In this document: positions 38,861-47,557 of the stretch, one piece after another | Layout: each line of letters starts with the position of its first letter | Numbering within the stretch: position 1 is the stretch's first letter | Assembly: GCA_934101625.1 (NCBI GenBank) | Contig: CAKORV010000001.1 | Span: forward strand, 2,121 to 66,120 | Direction of reading: 5' to 3' | DNA: 64,000 nucleotides | Origin: an uncultured Bacilli bacterium | GTDB taxonomy: Bacteria; Bacillota_I; Bacilli_A; RF39; UBA660 | Program-made: the position numbers and the translations under genes | Notes under the pieces: generated by a model | Told to the model about the DNA's origin: nothing | Databases searched by the model: none | What the model saw: the letters and a program-made list of their open reading frames with translations, nothing else

Positions 38861-39688
38861 ATGGGAAAGGTTATATCACTAGTTAATCAAAAAGGTGGGG
38901 TAGGCAAAACAACAACAAGTATTAACTTAAGTAGTGCATTAGGACACTTAGGTAAAAAAGTATTACTCATAGATTTAGACCCTCAAAGCAACAGTACTAC
39001 TGGCTTAGGGCTTAATAAAGCAAATATTAGTAAAAGTATTTATGATGTAATTACTCATAGTTGTGATATTAAAGAAGCAATTATTAAAACAAAGTTTAAG
39101 AATCTTAGTATTATTCCTTCAATGATTTATTTGAGTGGGGCTGAGATTGAATTAATACAAATGGCTAGTAAAGAAAGTGATTTTATTATTGGAGATCAAT
39201 TAAAATTACAAATAGACAAAATTAGAGATAGATATGATTTTATTTTAATTGATTGTCCACCTGCGTTAGGTGTACTTACTACAAATGCTTTAGCGGCTAG
39301 TGATAGTGTATTAATTCCAGTTCAGTGTGAGTATTATTCACTTGAAGGAGTTACACAATTATTGAATACTATTTTACTTACTCAAAACAAGATTAATCCT
39401 AAACTTGATATAGAAGGTGTTTTATTAACAATGCTTGATGGAAGAACTTTAGTTGGATTAGAAGTAGTAGAAGATGTTAGAAAGTTCTTTAAAGAAAAAG
39501 TATTTAATACAATAATTCCTAGACTTGTTAGACTTGTAGAGGCACCAAGTCATGGGAAACCAATATTAGAATATGATCCAAGATGTAGAGGAGCGCTTGC
39601 TTATATAAATTTAGCAAAGGAAGTGATTGAGAGAAATGGAAACAAAGAGGAAAGCACTAGGGAAGGGTCTAGAGCAACTGTTCAGTAA
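38861..39688 (+). CDS. parA: chromosome partitioning ATPase ParA/Soj
   Basis: NQKGGVGKTTTSINLS, DLDPQSN, IDCPPALG. The C-terminal ~20 aa overlap parB. Confidence 0.9.
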   Translation: MGKVISLVNQKGGVGKTTTSINLSSALGHLGKKVLLIDLDPQSNSTTGLGLNKANISKSIYDVITHSCDIKEAIIKTKFKNLSIIPSMIYLSGAEIELIQMASKESDFIIGDQLKLQIDKIRDRYDFILIDCPPALGVLTTNALAASDSVLIPVQCEYYSLEGVTQLLNTILLTQNKINPKLDIEGVLLTMLDGRTLVGLEVVEDVRKFFKEKVFNTIIPRLVRLVEAPSHGKPILEYDPRCRGALAYINLAKEVIERNGNKEESTREGSRATVQ

Positions 39689-40523
39689 TGAGGCATTTAC
39701 TTTTGATGAATTAGAAAAGACAATAGTAGAAGATACTAAAAAGGAAGATGTAAAAGAGATTAATTTGGATGAATTAAGGAGTAATCCTTATCAGCCTAGA
39801 AAAGTTTTTGATGAAGAAAAGTTAAATGAACTTACTGATAGTATTAAAGAGTTTGGTATTTTTGAACCTATTATAGTTAAAAAAAGTATAAAAGGTTATG
39901 AAATAGTTGCGGGTGAAAGGAGAAGTTTAGCTGCTAAAAAGGCTGGACTAAAGACAGTACCTGCGATTGTTAGAGATTTTACTGATGATGAAATGATGAC
40001 AATAGCTTTGCTTGAAAATATTCAAAGGGAGAATTTGAATGTTATTGAAGAAGCTAATGCATATAAAAATATGTTAGAAACTATGAATTTAACACAAGAA
40101 GAACTTGCTAGAAAACTAGGTAAAAGTAGAAGTCATGTTACGAATATACTTGGAATATTAAAGTTACCTAGAAAAGTTCAGGATTTAGTTTTATCAAATA
40201 AAATAACTATGGGGCATGCAAGAGCACTTAGTAAGTTAAATGATGAAGCAGAAATATTTGATATGGCTAGTAGAATAGTTAATGAGAATATGAGTGTTAG
40301 AACTTTAGAAGATGAGATTAATAATAATGGACTTGAGAAAAAAGTTCCTATTAAGAAGACTATTGTTAAAGATAAAGGTCATATGATGGTACAAAATGTT
40401 ATGAGAGAAAAGATTGGTACTATGGTTAAAGTTAATAATAGAAATATAGTTATACCTTTTGATAATGATAGAGATTTAGAAAGAATATTAGAAATTTTAG
40501 ATATTAAAATTAATTTAGATTAG
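39636..40523 (+). CDS. parB: chromosome partitioning protein ParB/Spo0J
   Basis: METKRKALGKGLEQL, NPYQPRK, IVAGERR, HTH region LTQEELARKLGKSRSHVTN. ATG 39636 preferred over TTG 39627. Confidence 0.9.
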   Translation: METKRKALGKGLEQLFSNEAFTFDELEKTIVEDTKKEDVKEINLDELRSNPYQPRKVFDEEKLNELTDSIKEFGIFEPIIVKKSIKGYEIVAGERRSLAAKKAGLKTVPAIVRDFTDDEMMTIALLENIQRENLNVIEEANAYKNMLETMNLTQEELARKLGKSRSHVTNILGILKLPRKVQDLVLSNKITMGHARALSKLNDEAEIFDMASRIVNENMSVRTLEDEINNNGLEKKVPIKKTIVKDKGHMMVQNVMREKIGTMVKVNNRNIVIPFDNDRDLERILEILDIKINLD

Positions 40524-40531
40524 GTGATAAA

Positions 40532-40717
40532 ATGAAATATACACTAAATTCCAAAGTAATTATGAAGAAAGCACATCCTTGTGGTACTAATTTATGGGAA
40601 ATAGTAAGACTTGGAGTAGATATTAAATTAAAATGTGTTAATTGTGGAAGAACAATTATGATGGATAGATTAGAGTTTGAAAGAAAATTAAAGAAAGTGG
40701 TGGAAGATGAAAAATAA
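40532..40717 (+). CDS. DUF951 family small protein
   Basis: MKKAHPCGTNLWEIVRLGVDIKLKCVNCGR. Conserved position after parB in Firmicutes. Confidence 0.7.
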   Translation: MKYTLNSKVIMKKAHPCGTNLWEIVRLGVDIKLKCVNCGRTIMMDRLEFERKLKKVVEDEK

Positions 40718-42236
40718 GAAGTTTAGTCCTATATTTATATTTATTTTACTTACATTTATAGTACTTCTATTTAGTTTTGTCTTGTCTTTATTTAATTTTC
40801 AGGCTGAATATAGTACAGTTAATTCATATACTAATACTCTTCAAAATAATGTTATACAAGTTGAAAATATGTTAAGTGCTAAAGGAATAAAGTATATAAT
40901 TAGTAATACTGCTTCTAATTTTGTTAATTTTGCTCCTTTGAGTAGTTTGATTATTATATTAATAGGTATAGGGGTATTAGAAAAGAGTGGATTTGCTAAA
41001 ACATTTTTTACTATAATTACTCAAAGTTTTAGAAAAAATAGTATTACATTTACTTTAATACTTTTAAGTATTGTACTTAGTGCATTTGGTAATATAGGAT
41101 TTGTTTTATTACTTCCTATTGGAGCGATGTTGTTTAAGTATGGACATAGACATCCTTTTGGAGGGATAATAGCTAGTTTTGCTGGTATGAGTTTTGGTTA
41201 TGCCATTAATGTGTTTTTAAGTAGCATAGATACTAGTTTAATGAGTTTAACTTTAACAGCTAGTAAAGTTATTGATAAAGATTATTCTATTAATCAATTT
41301 TTTGGTTTATTTATAATGATAGTTGCTTTAATTAGTGCTGCGATTATTATGACCAGAGTTACTGAAAAAAAGATTATGCCTAAGTTAGGTAAGTATGAAT
41401 TTGATGAAATAGAAACATTAGATAAAATTAAATTTAGTAATAGAGAACTAAGAGGATTAGTTTTAAGTTTAGGTGCTGGTATTATTTATTCAATTATTAT
41501 TATTTGGATGATTATACCTGGATTACCATTAAGTGGTGGCCTTCTTGATAATAATGGTGTTTATTATATCGATAAGTTATTTGGAGAAGGATCATTATTT
41601 AGTCAAGGCTTTGTGTTTATAATTACTTTCTTATTTGTTATTATAGGACTTGTTTATGGTTTTGTAAGTAAAAATATTAAGAATAATAAAGAAGTAAGTG
41701 AATGCTTTAGTTATAGTTTAGATGGTATAGGTAGTATTTTAGTTCTTATATTTGTTGCTAGTATTTTTGTTAGTGTTTTAGAAAAAAGTAATATAGGACT
41801 TGTGTTAGTTGCGTTACTTACTAAGTTAATAGATGTGTTTAATTTTAGTGGATTAGGTTTAGTTATTTTATTATTTGTTATTTCTATAGTGGCTGGTTTA
41901 TTTTATACTGGACTTGTAAGTAAATGGCAAGTTATGAGTGGTACTGTAGTGCCTACTTTAATGAATGCTAGTATTAGTCCTGAATTTGCACAAATAGTAT
42001 ATACAGCAGGTAGTAGTTTATCTATGGCTTTTACACCGGTTATGATATATTATGTTATTTATATAGCATATTTGGAAAAGTATGATAAGAATGGACAAGT
42101 AAGTATGTTGAATTCATTTAGATATATGAAAGATTATGGATTAGTAATGATGATTATGTGGTTTATTTTAATAGTAGGATTTTATGTATCTGGGTTGCCT
42201 ATTGGTATAGGTGCTACACCTAATTTAACATTTTAG
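40707..42236 (+). CDS. AbgT family (p-aminobenzoyl-glutamate-type) transporter
   Basis: About 510 aa, polytopic. NFVNFAPLSSLIIILIGIGVLEKSGF and the C-terminal ...YVSGLPIGIGATPNL parallel E. coli AbgT. Confidence 0.7.
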   Translation: MKNKKFSPIFIFILLTFIVLLFSFVLSLFNFQAEYSTVNSYTNTLQNNVIQVENMLSAKGIKYIISNTASNFVNFAPLSSLIIILIGIGVLEKSGFAKTFFTIITQSFRKNSITFTLILLSIVLSAFGNIGFVLLLPIGAMLFKYGHRHPFGGIIASFAGMSFGYAINVFLSSIDTSLMSLTLTASKVIDKDYSINQFFGLFIMIVALISAAIIMTRVTEKKIMPKLGKYEFDEIETLDKIKFSNRELRGLVLSLGAGIIYSIIIIWMIIPGLPLSGGLLDNNGVYYIDKLFGEGSLFSQGFVFIITFLFVIIGLVYGFVSKNIKNNKEVSECFSYSLDGIGSILVLIFVASIFVSVLEKSNIGLVLVALLTKLIDVFNFSGLGLVILLFVISIVAGLFYTGLVSKWQVMSGTVVPTLMNASISPEFAQIVYTAGSSLSMAFTPVMIYYVIYIAYLEKYDKNGQVSMLNSFRYMKDYGLVMMIMWFILIVGFYVSGLPIGIGATPNLTF

Positions 42237-42251
42237 AATGGGGGAATTTAT

Positions 42252-43352
42252 ATGTCATTAAAAGCAGGTATTATAGGAATGCCTAATGTTGGAAAGAGTA
42301 CTCTTTTTAATGCAATTACAAAGAAAAATATTTTAGCAGCAAATTATCCTTTTGCGACTATTGATCCTAATTTAGGGACAGTAGTAGTACCAGATAAGAG
42401 ATTAGAAACTTTAGAAAATATGTATATGCCTGAGAGATGTATACCTACTCAGTATGAATTTACTGATATTGCAGGATTAGTTAAAGGCGCTAGTAATGGT
42501 GAAGGATTAGGTAATAAATTTTTAAGTCATATTAGAGAAGTTGATGCTGTTATACATGTAGTAAGATGTTTTAAAGATAAAGATGTTATACATGTTGAAG
42601 GTAGTGTTGATCCTATTAGAGATATAGAAATTATTAATTTAGAACTTGCTATTTCAGATTTAGAGATTATTAATTCTAGATTAGAAAGGATAACTAAAAA
42701 AGCACAGACTGCTAATGATAAATTACTTTTAAAAGAAGTAGATATATTAACTAGATGTAAAGATTATTTAATTACTGGTAAACCTTTAAGAGAATTAGAT
42801 TTAAGTGATGAAGAGAAAGAATTTATTAAAGCATTTAATTTTATTACATTGAAGCCTATGATTTATTTAGCTAATGTTAATGAAGTTGATTTAGTTAATG
42901 GTGGAAATGAGTATATTGATAAAGTTAATGAATATGCTAGTAAGGAAGGAATTAAAGTTATTCCTATGTGTGCTCAGATTGAAAGTGAGTTAGTAGAATT
43001 ACCTGATGATGAAAAGAAAGTATTTTTAAATGAATTAGGTATAGAAGAAAGTGGACTTGATATGTTAATTAAGACTACTTATGATATTTTAGGGCTAAGT
43101 ACATTCTTTACTGTTGGAAGTGATGAGGTTAGAGCTTGGACTTTTAAAAAAGGAATGAAGGCACCAGAGTGTGCAGGTATTATACATACTGATTTTCAAA
43201 GAGGATTTATTAAAGCAGAAGTTATGAGTTATGATGATTTAGTTAAATATGGTAGTGAACTTAAAGTTAAAGAAGCAGGTAAAGCAAGACTTGAAGGAAA
43301 AGATTATGTTATGCAAGATGGTGATATTTGCTTATTTAGGTTTAATGTTTAA
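42252..43352 (+). CDS. ychF: ribosome-binding ATPase YchF
   Basis: GIIGMPNVGKSTLFNA, DIAGLVKGAS, C-terminal TGS-like domain ...DGDICLFRFNV. Confidence 0.92.
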   Translation: MSLKAGIIGMPNVGKSTLFNAITKKNILAANYPFATIDPNLGTVVVPDKRLETLENMYMPERCIPTQYEFTDIAGLVKGASNGEGLGNKFLSHIREVDAVIHVVRCFKDKDVIHVEGSVDPIRDIEIINLELAISDLEIINSRLERITKKAQTANDKLLLKEVDILTRCKDYLITGKPLRELDLSDEEKEFIKAFNFITLKPMIYLANVNEVDLVNGGNEYIDKVNEYASKEGIKVIPMCAQIESELVELPDDEKKVFLNELGIEESGLDMLIKTTYDILGLSTFFTVGSDEVRAWTFKKGMKAPECAGIIHTDFQRGFIKAEVMSYDDLVKYGSELKVKEAGKARLEGKDYVMQDGDICLFRFNV

Positions 43353-43375
43353 TATATTAATAAGGAGGTGAAAGT

Positions 43376-44110
43376 ATGGAGAAATTTTGTACTATTTGTG
43401 GTAAGGAATTAGTTGATGGAAAATGTCCTTGTTGTGAAAAGGGAACTGATAAAAAAAGTGATTCAACTAATAATGAAACGAAGTTTTCTAATAATGGAGT
43501 TATCAATCGTGTTGCAATAAAAAATGAAGCTAAAAGATTGATTGAAAATAACTTATGGACTATTTGGAAGCCTAGTTTAATTGTTTCACTTATTAGTGGT
43601 ATCTTAGGAGCTTTAATTACAGCTTTATTTGGAGAAGGAACAGATGCGGGTACTATAATATCTGCGATTGCTAATGTATTCTTATTACCTATGAGTATTG
43701 GTTTAGTTCAATATGTTCTTAACTTTGTAAGAGGTAAAAGTTACGATATTAATGATTTATTTAGTTTCTATGATAAAAGATTTTTATTGATATTCTTAAC
43801 ATCATTTTTAGTAGGTTTATTTACTACATTATGGAGTTTATTATTAATTATACCTGGTATTATTGCTGCGTTGAGTTATTCTATGATTACTTATTTACTT
43901 GCTGATGGTAAGAAAGATGATGCAATGGAAGTAATAAAAGAAAGTAAGAGAATGATGAATGGTTATAAAATGGATTACTTTGTATTTGGATTAAGTTTTA
44001 TTGGATGGGCATTATTATGTACTTTGATAATTCCAATTATATATGTAATGCCTTATATTACAGTAAGTAATGCTCTATATTATGAAGAATTAAGAAAGAT
44101 TAAAGGATAA
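43376..44110 (+). CDS. DUF975-like membrane protein with N-terminal zinc ribbon
   Basis: CTICGKELVDGKCPCC, then a 4-5 TM domain with the repeat organisation typical of DUF975. Confidence 0.5.
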   Translation: MEKFCTICGKELVDGKCPCCEKGTDKKSDSTNNETKFSNNGVINRVAIKNEAKRLIENNLWTIWKPSLIVSLISGILGALITALFGEGTDAGTIISAIANVFLLPMSIGLVQYVLNFVRGKSYDINDLFSFYDKRFLLIFLTSFLVGLFTTLWSLLLIIPGIIAALSYSMITYLLADGKKDDAMEVIKESKRMMNGYKMDYFVFGLSFIGWALLCTLIIPIIYVMPYITVSNALYYEELRKIKG

Positions 44111-44174
44111 TGTTAATAACTTGAGTGTTGTTAACATTCTTTTTTTAGAGTAAAATTATATTTGAGGTGTAATT

Positions 44175-44822
44175 ATGAATTTAAAGGAATTTAAGGAATT
44201 ATGTATTATTACTAGAAATGAAATTGTATCTAGAAATAATTCTATGAATAGTAATTATATTTTAGTAGATAGAAAAGTAAGAGATTTAAAATCTAAGACA
44301 TTGGTGTTAACTAAAGAAATAGTATCTCTAGTTCTTGCTGTATCTTTAGTAGGTGGTAGTGCTACTTTTATTGGTGTTAATACTAAAAGAGAAAGACAAG
44401 ATAAATTAAATTGTGGAATTTATAGTGTAGAAGATTATAATAATAAGAGAAAAGTTGATTATTTTACTGCTTATTTTGGATATGTTTTGGCTTTATTAGT
44501 TCTTTATAGTGGATTAAGTTTTGTTAAAGGTAGTAGTGTTTTTAAAAGTTTTTTTAGTAAATTTAGAAGGAATGTTAAAGAATATAAAGAAGGTATTGTA
44601 AGTGGTTGTGAATTATTTGCAGATATGAGAGAAGATATTTCTTATTTAATGTTGTATTTGTGTCAGTATGAAGAATGTAAGAAGTGTTATGCTAATATAC
44701 TTAATGAATATCCTTATTTAGAAGGTGATGAGCTTATTAATAAAATAAGTGATGTTTTAGATAATTTGGATGTTGAATCTATAAGAAAAAATATTGATGT
44801 TAAGAAGAAAATTCTTGGATAA
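44175..44822 (+). CDS. membrane protein, unknown function
   Basis: Two hydrophobic spans. Cys-rich C-terminal part. Confidence 0.4.
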   Translation: MNLKEFKELCIITRNEIVSRNNSMNSNYILVDRKVRDLKSKTLVLTKEIVSLVLAVSLVGGSATFIGVNTKRERQDKLNCGIYSVEDYNNKRKVDYFTAYFGYVLALLVLYSGLSFVKGSSVFKSFFSKFRRNVKEYKEGIVSGCELFADMREDISYLMLYLCQYEECKKCYANILNEYPYLEGDELINKISDVLDNLDVESIRKNIDVKKKILG

Positions 44823-44865
44823 TTTTTGTATGGACTTTTTGTATTTTATTTGTTATAATACTGGG

Positions 44866-44926
44866 GAAAGAGCAGAAAATTGCTCCTTGCTTCTTAGGAA
44901 GCCATAGACCATAAGGAGGTGAAATA
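44866..44926 (+). promoter_or_regulatory. possible rpsF leader structure (S6:S18 autoregulatory type)
   Basis: Two hairpins: GAGCA-GAAAAT-TGCTC (44870-44885) and GCTTC-TTAG-GAAGC (44889-44902), between a TATAAT (44854-44859) and the RBS. Confidence 0.3.
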
Positions 44927-45214
44927 ATGAATAAATATGAAATAATGTTTATTGTTAGAGCTGATATTACTGAAGATGAAGTAAAGAATACTGTTAAATC
45001 ATTTGAAGATTTATTAACTAACGAAGGTGCTAAAATTTTAAATTCTAAAGATTTAGGACAAAAGAAATTAGCATATGAAATTAAGAAACAAGTTAGAGGT
45101 TATTATCATTTACTTAATGTTGAATGTGAAAGTAAAGCTGTTAAGGAATTTGATAGAAGAGCTTTAATAGACGAAAAAGTTATTAGACATTTAATAATTA
45201 AGGAGGAAAATTAG
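44927..45214 (+). CDS. rpsF: 30S ribosomal protein S6
   Basis: MNKYEIMFIVRADITEDE... Confidence 0.92.
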   Translation: MNKYEIMFIVRADITEDEVKNTVKSFEDLLTNEGAKILNSKDLGQKKLAYEIKKQVRGYYHLLNVECESKAVKEFDRRALIDEKVIRHLIIKEEN

Positions 45215-45215
45215 T

Positions 45216-45701
45216 ATGAATAAAGTAATGCTAGTAGGTAGGTTAACAAGGGATCCAGAAATGAGAACTTCTACATCTGGTATGCAAATTGCTTCATTTA
45301 GTTTAGCAGTTAATAGAAACTTTAGAAATAAAGAAGGAAATGTTGATGCTGACTTTATAAATGTTGTTGTGTTTGGTAAGCAAGCAGAAACTATTGGTAA
45401 GTATGTTACTAAGGGGCAACAACTAGGAGTTGAAGGAAGAATTCAAACTAGAAGTTATGATGCACAAGATGGAACTAAAAGATATGTTACTGAAGTTGTT
45501 GCAGACAATTTTGAATTTTTAAGTTCTAAAAATAGTGGTAGTGGTACTGCTAGTGCACCAGTTAATGCTTATGTTGATACTACAAGTTCATTTTATGTGG
45601 ATGAGCCAAGTAAAGACAATGGTGTAGATATTTCAGGTGAAGACCCATTTAAAAATTTTGGTAATGAAGTAGCTTTAAGCGATGATGATTTACCATTCTA
45701 A
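45216..45701 (+). CDS. ssb: single-stranded DNA-binding protein
   Basis: MNKVMLVGRLTRDPEMR..., acidic tail DDDLPF. Confidence 0.92.
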   Translation: MNKVMLVGRLTRDPEMRTSTSGMQIASFSLAVNRNFRNKEGNVDADFINVVVFGKQAETIGKYVTKGQQLGVEGRIQTRSYDAQDGTKRYVTEVVADNFEFLSSKNSGSGTASAPVNAYVDTTSSFYVDEPSKDNGVDISGEDPFKNFGNEVALSDDDLPF

Positions 45702-45718
45702 TTAAAAGGAGGCTAATA

Positions 45719-45934
45719 ATGAAAGAATTTTATCCTAGAAAAAAGAAAATATGTCAAATGTGCGCTGGTAAAAGTGTTAAATATAGTGATGTACCAATTA
45801 TAACTAAATATATTAATGAAAAAGGTAAAATTTTACCTAGAAGAATGACTGGTGCTTGTGCATTACATCAAAGACATATAGCTAGAGAAGTTAAAAGAGC
45901 TAGATTTATGGGACTTATTCCATTCGTAAAATAA
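45719..45934 (+). CDS. rpsR: 30S ribosomal protein S18
   Basis: Position after ssb. ...ILPRRMTGACALHQRHIAREVKRARFMGLIPF. Confidence 0.9.
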   Translation: MKEFYPRKKKICQMCAGKSVKYSDVPIITKYINEKGKILPRRMTGACALHQRHIAREVKRARFMGLIPFVK

Positions 45935-45938
45935 GTTA

Positions 45939-45969
45939 AACGAGAGATTATTTAATCTCTCGTTTTATT
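45939..45969. terminator. terminator hairpin at the convergence of rpsR and srtB
   Basis: 11-bp stem AACGAGAGATT-ATTT-AATCTCTCGTT. T-rich 3' flank on the + strand. Overlaps the srtB stop. Confidence 0.65.
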
Positions 45970-46778
45970 AGTTTTGCATGTACTACTGTTTTTTCATTAT
46001 CATTATAACATGTGGATAGTGTAAGTATATTATCATTTTCATTAATTGTTGTATTAAAATCATGTTCACTTCTATTTTTAACCATATTTAGAAAATTTAA
46101 GTAATCTTTATCTGAATTGAAACTTGTTTGTATGTAATCACTTGTATTAGGTATAATGTAAGTACTGAATACTTGCCATAAAGTGTTTTCTTTTTCTGTA
46201 GATATTTTTATAATATAATTATTAGTGTCGTTTAACCAACCATTTGACATTATTTTTTTTAATGTTCCAAACATTGTTTTATCTAATCTACTGTGTGCAT
46301 AAATTATAGTATTTCTATTATTGGTATCATTATTTCTATAGTCTAAAAATACCCATCCTGCATCATTATAACTTTTATTAAATGCATGTGTTAAATAGTA
46401 ACTATTATCATTTGTTTGTACGAATGGATAATTAATATTGGTACCATTTACTTGTATCCATCCAATAACATCTGAATTTGTTTGCTTTAATTCAGTAAAG
46501 TCTACATCTATTAAGTTCATTTTAATATAATCCCAATATGGATTAGATTTGGGTATATCTAAATCCTGGTTAATTATTTCTGTGTTTTCATTGTCTTGTG
46601 TTTCTTTTATTGTTGTAGAGTTTTCTATGTTATTAATTTGATTGTCTATATCTTTGTTATCTTTGTTCCACTTGACTATCTTTGTTAATGATATGGTTAA
46701 CATTGTTAAACAAATTAATATTAGTATTAAAATTATTATATTATTCCATTTAATTCTTCTTTTAACTATAGTTGCCAT
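45948..46778 (-). CDS. srtB: class B sortase
   Basis: N-terminal TM, NTIIYAHSRLDKTMFGTL, TLSTCY catalytic Cys motif. Confidence 0.75.
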   Translation of the reverse strand: MATIVKRRIKWNNIIILILILICLTMLTISLTKIVKWNKDNKDIDNQINNIENSTTIKETQDNENTEIINQDLDIPKSNPYWDYIKMNLIDVDFTELKQTNSDVIGWIQVNGTNINYPFVQTNDNSYYLTHAFNKSYNDAGWVFLDYRNNDTNNRNTIIYAHSRLDKTMFGTLKKIMSNGWLNDTNNYIIKISTEKENTLWQVFSTYIIPNTSDYIQTSFNSDKDYLNFLNMVKNRSEHDFNTTINENDNILTLSTCYNDNEKTVVHAKLIKREIK

Positions 46779-46849
46779 TGTTTCTCCTTTATATTATTAC
46801 ATTTATAATTATACTATAATTTATAATAAAAATAAAACGATTAGTTAGT

Positions 46850-47515
46850 CTAATCGTTATCTCTTGCAATACCTATTAATCTAAGTAATTGAAGTACACT
46901 TGCTAAAACACCTGCTACATAAGTTAATGCTGCGGCTGTTAACATTCTACTTGTTTCTTCATTATCTTTGGCATTGGTTAAATTTAATCTTTTTACTTCT
47001 GATTTAGCTCGATTTGATGCATTAAATTCAACTGGTAAAGTTACAATTTGAAATAGTATACCAAAGCCTGTGGCAAATATTCCTATCCAAACTAAATCCA
47101 TAATTTCTAATAAAAATCCAAATAATATTAAATAGTAAGAAAAACTTGAAATTATGTTAACTATTGGAAATAAGAAATGTCTGAATCTTAAAAAGAAATA
47201 ACCTTCTTTATCTTGTATAGCATGTCCTGTTTCATGAGCCGCTACTGCTAGAGAAGCAATACTATTACCGTGATAAATATCTCTAGATAATCTAATTACT
47301 TTTCTGTTTGGATCATAATGATCTGTTAAAGTACCATTTGTTTCTACAATTATTAAATCATTAAGTCCATTTTCATCTAATATTTGTCTTGCTACATCAT
47401 AGCCGGTTAAACCTTTGCTGTTTGAATGTCTCATAGTGCTTTTGTATGTACTCATTACATATATTTGAGCAAATAATGGTATTAAAACTATTAATGCTAT
47501 TAAAATTAAATCCAT
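46850..47515 (-). CDS. membrane zinc metallopeptidase (Zn_peptidase_2 / YugP-like)
   Basis: HETGHAIQD, about 220 aa, TM spans at both ends. Confidence 0.75.
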   Translation of the reverse strand: MDLILIALIVLIPLFAQIYVMSTYKSTMRHSNSKGLTGYDVARQILDENGLNDLIIVETNGTLTDHYDPNRKVIRLSRDIYHGNSIASLAVAAHETGHAIQDKEGYFFLRFRHFLFPIVNIISSFSYYLILFGFLLEIMDLVWIGIFATGFGILFQIVTLPVEFNASNRAKSEVKRLNLTNAKDNEETSRMLTAAALTYVAGVLASVLQLLRLIGIARDND

Positions 47516-47557
47516 TTTTCATCACCAGTATAATTATATCATATTTTTGTTGAATAT

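Noticed and set aside
38861-40523. A parS site (TGTTNCACGTGAAACA) within or near parAB
   Set aside because: I found no CACGTG core or close match in or around these genes, so no parS is reported.
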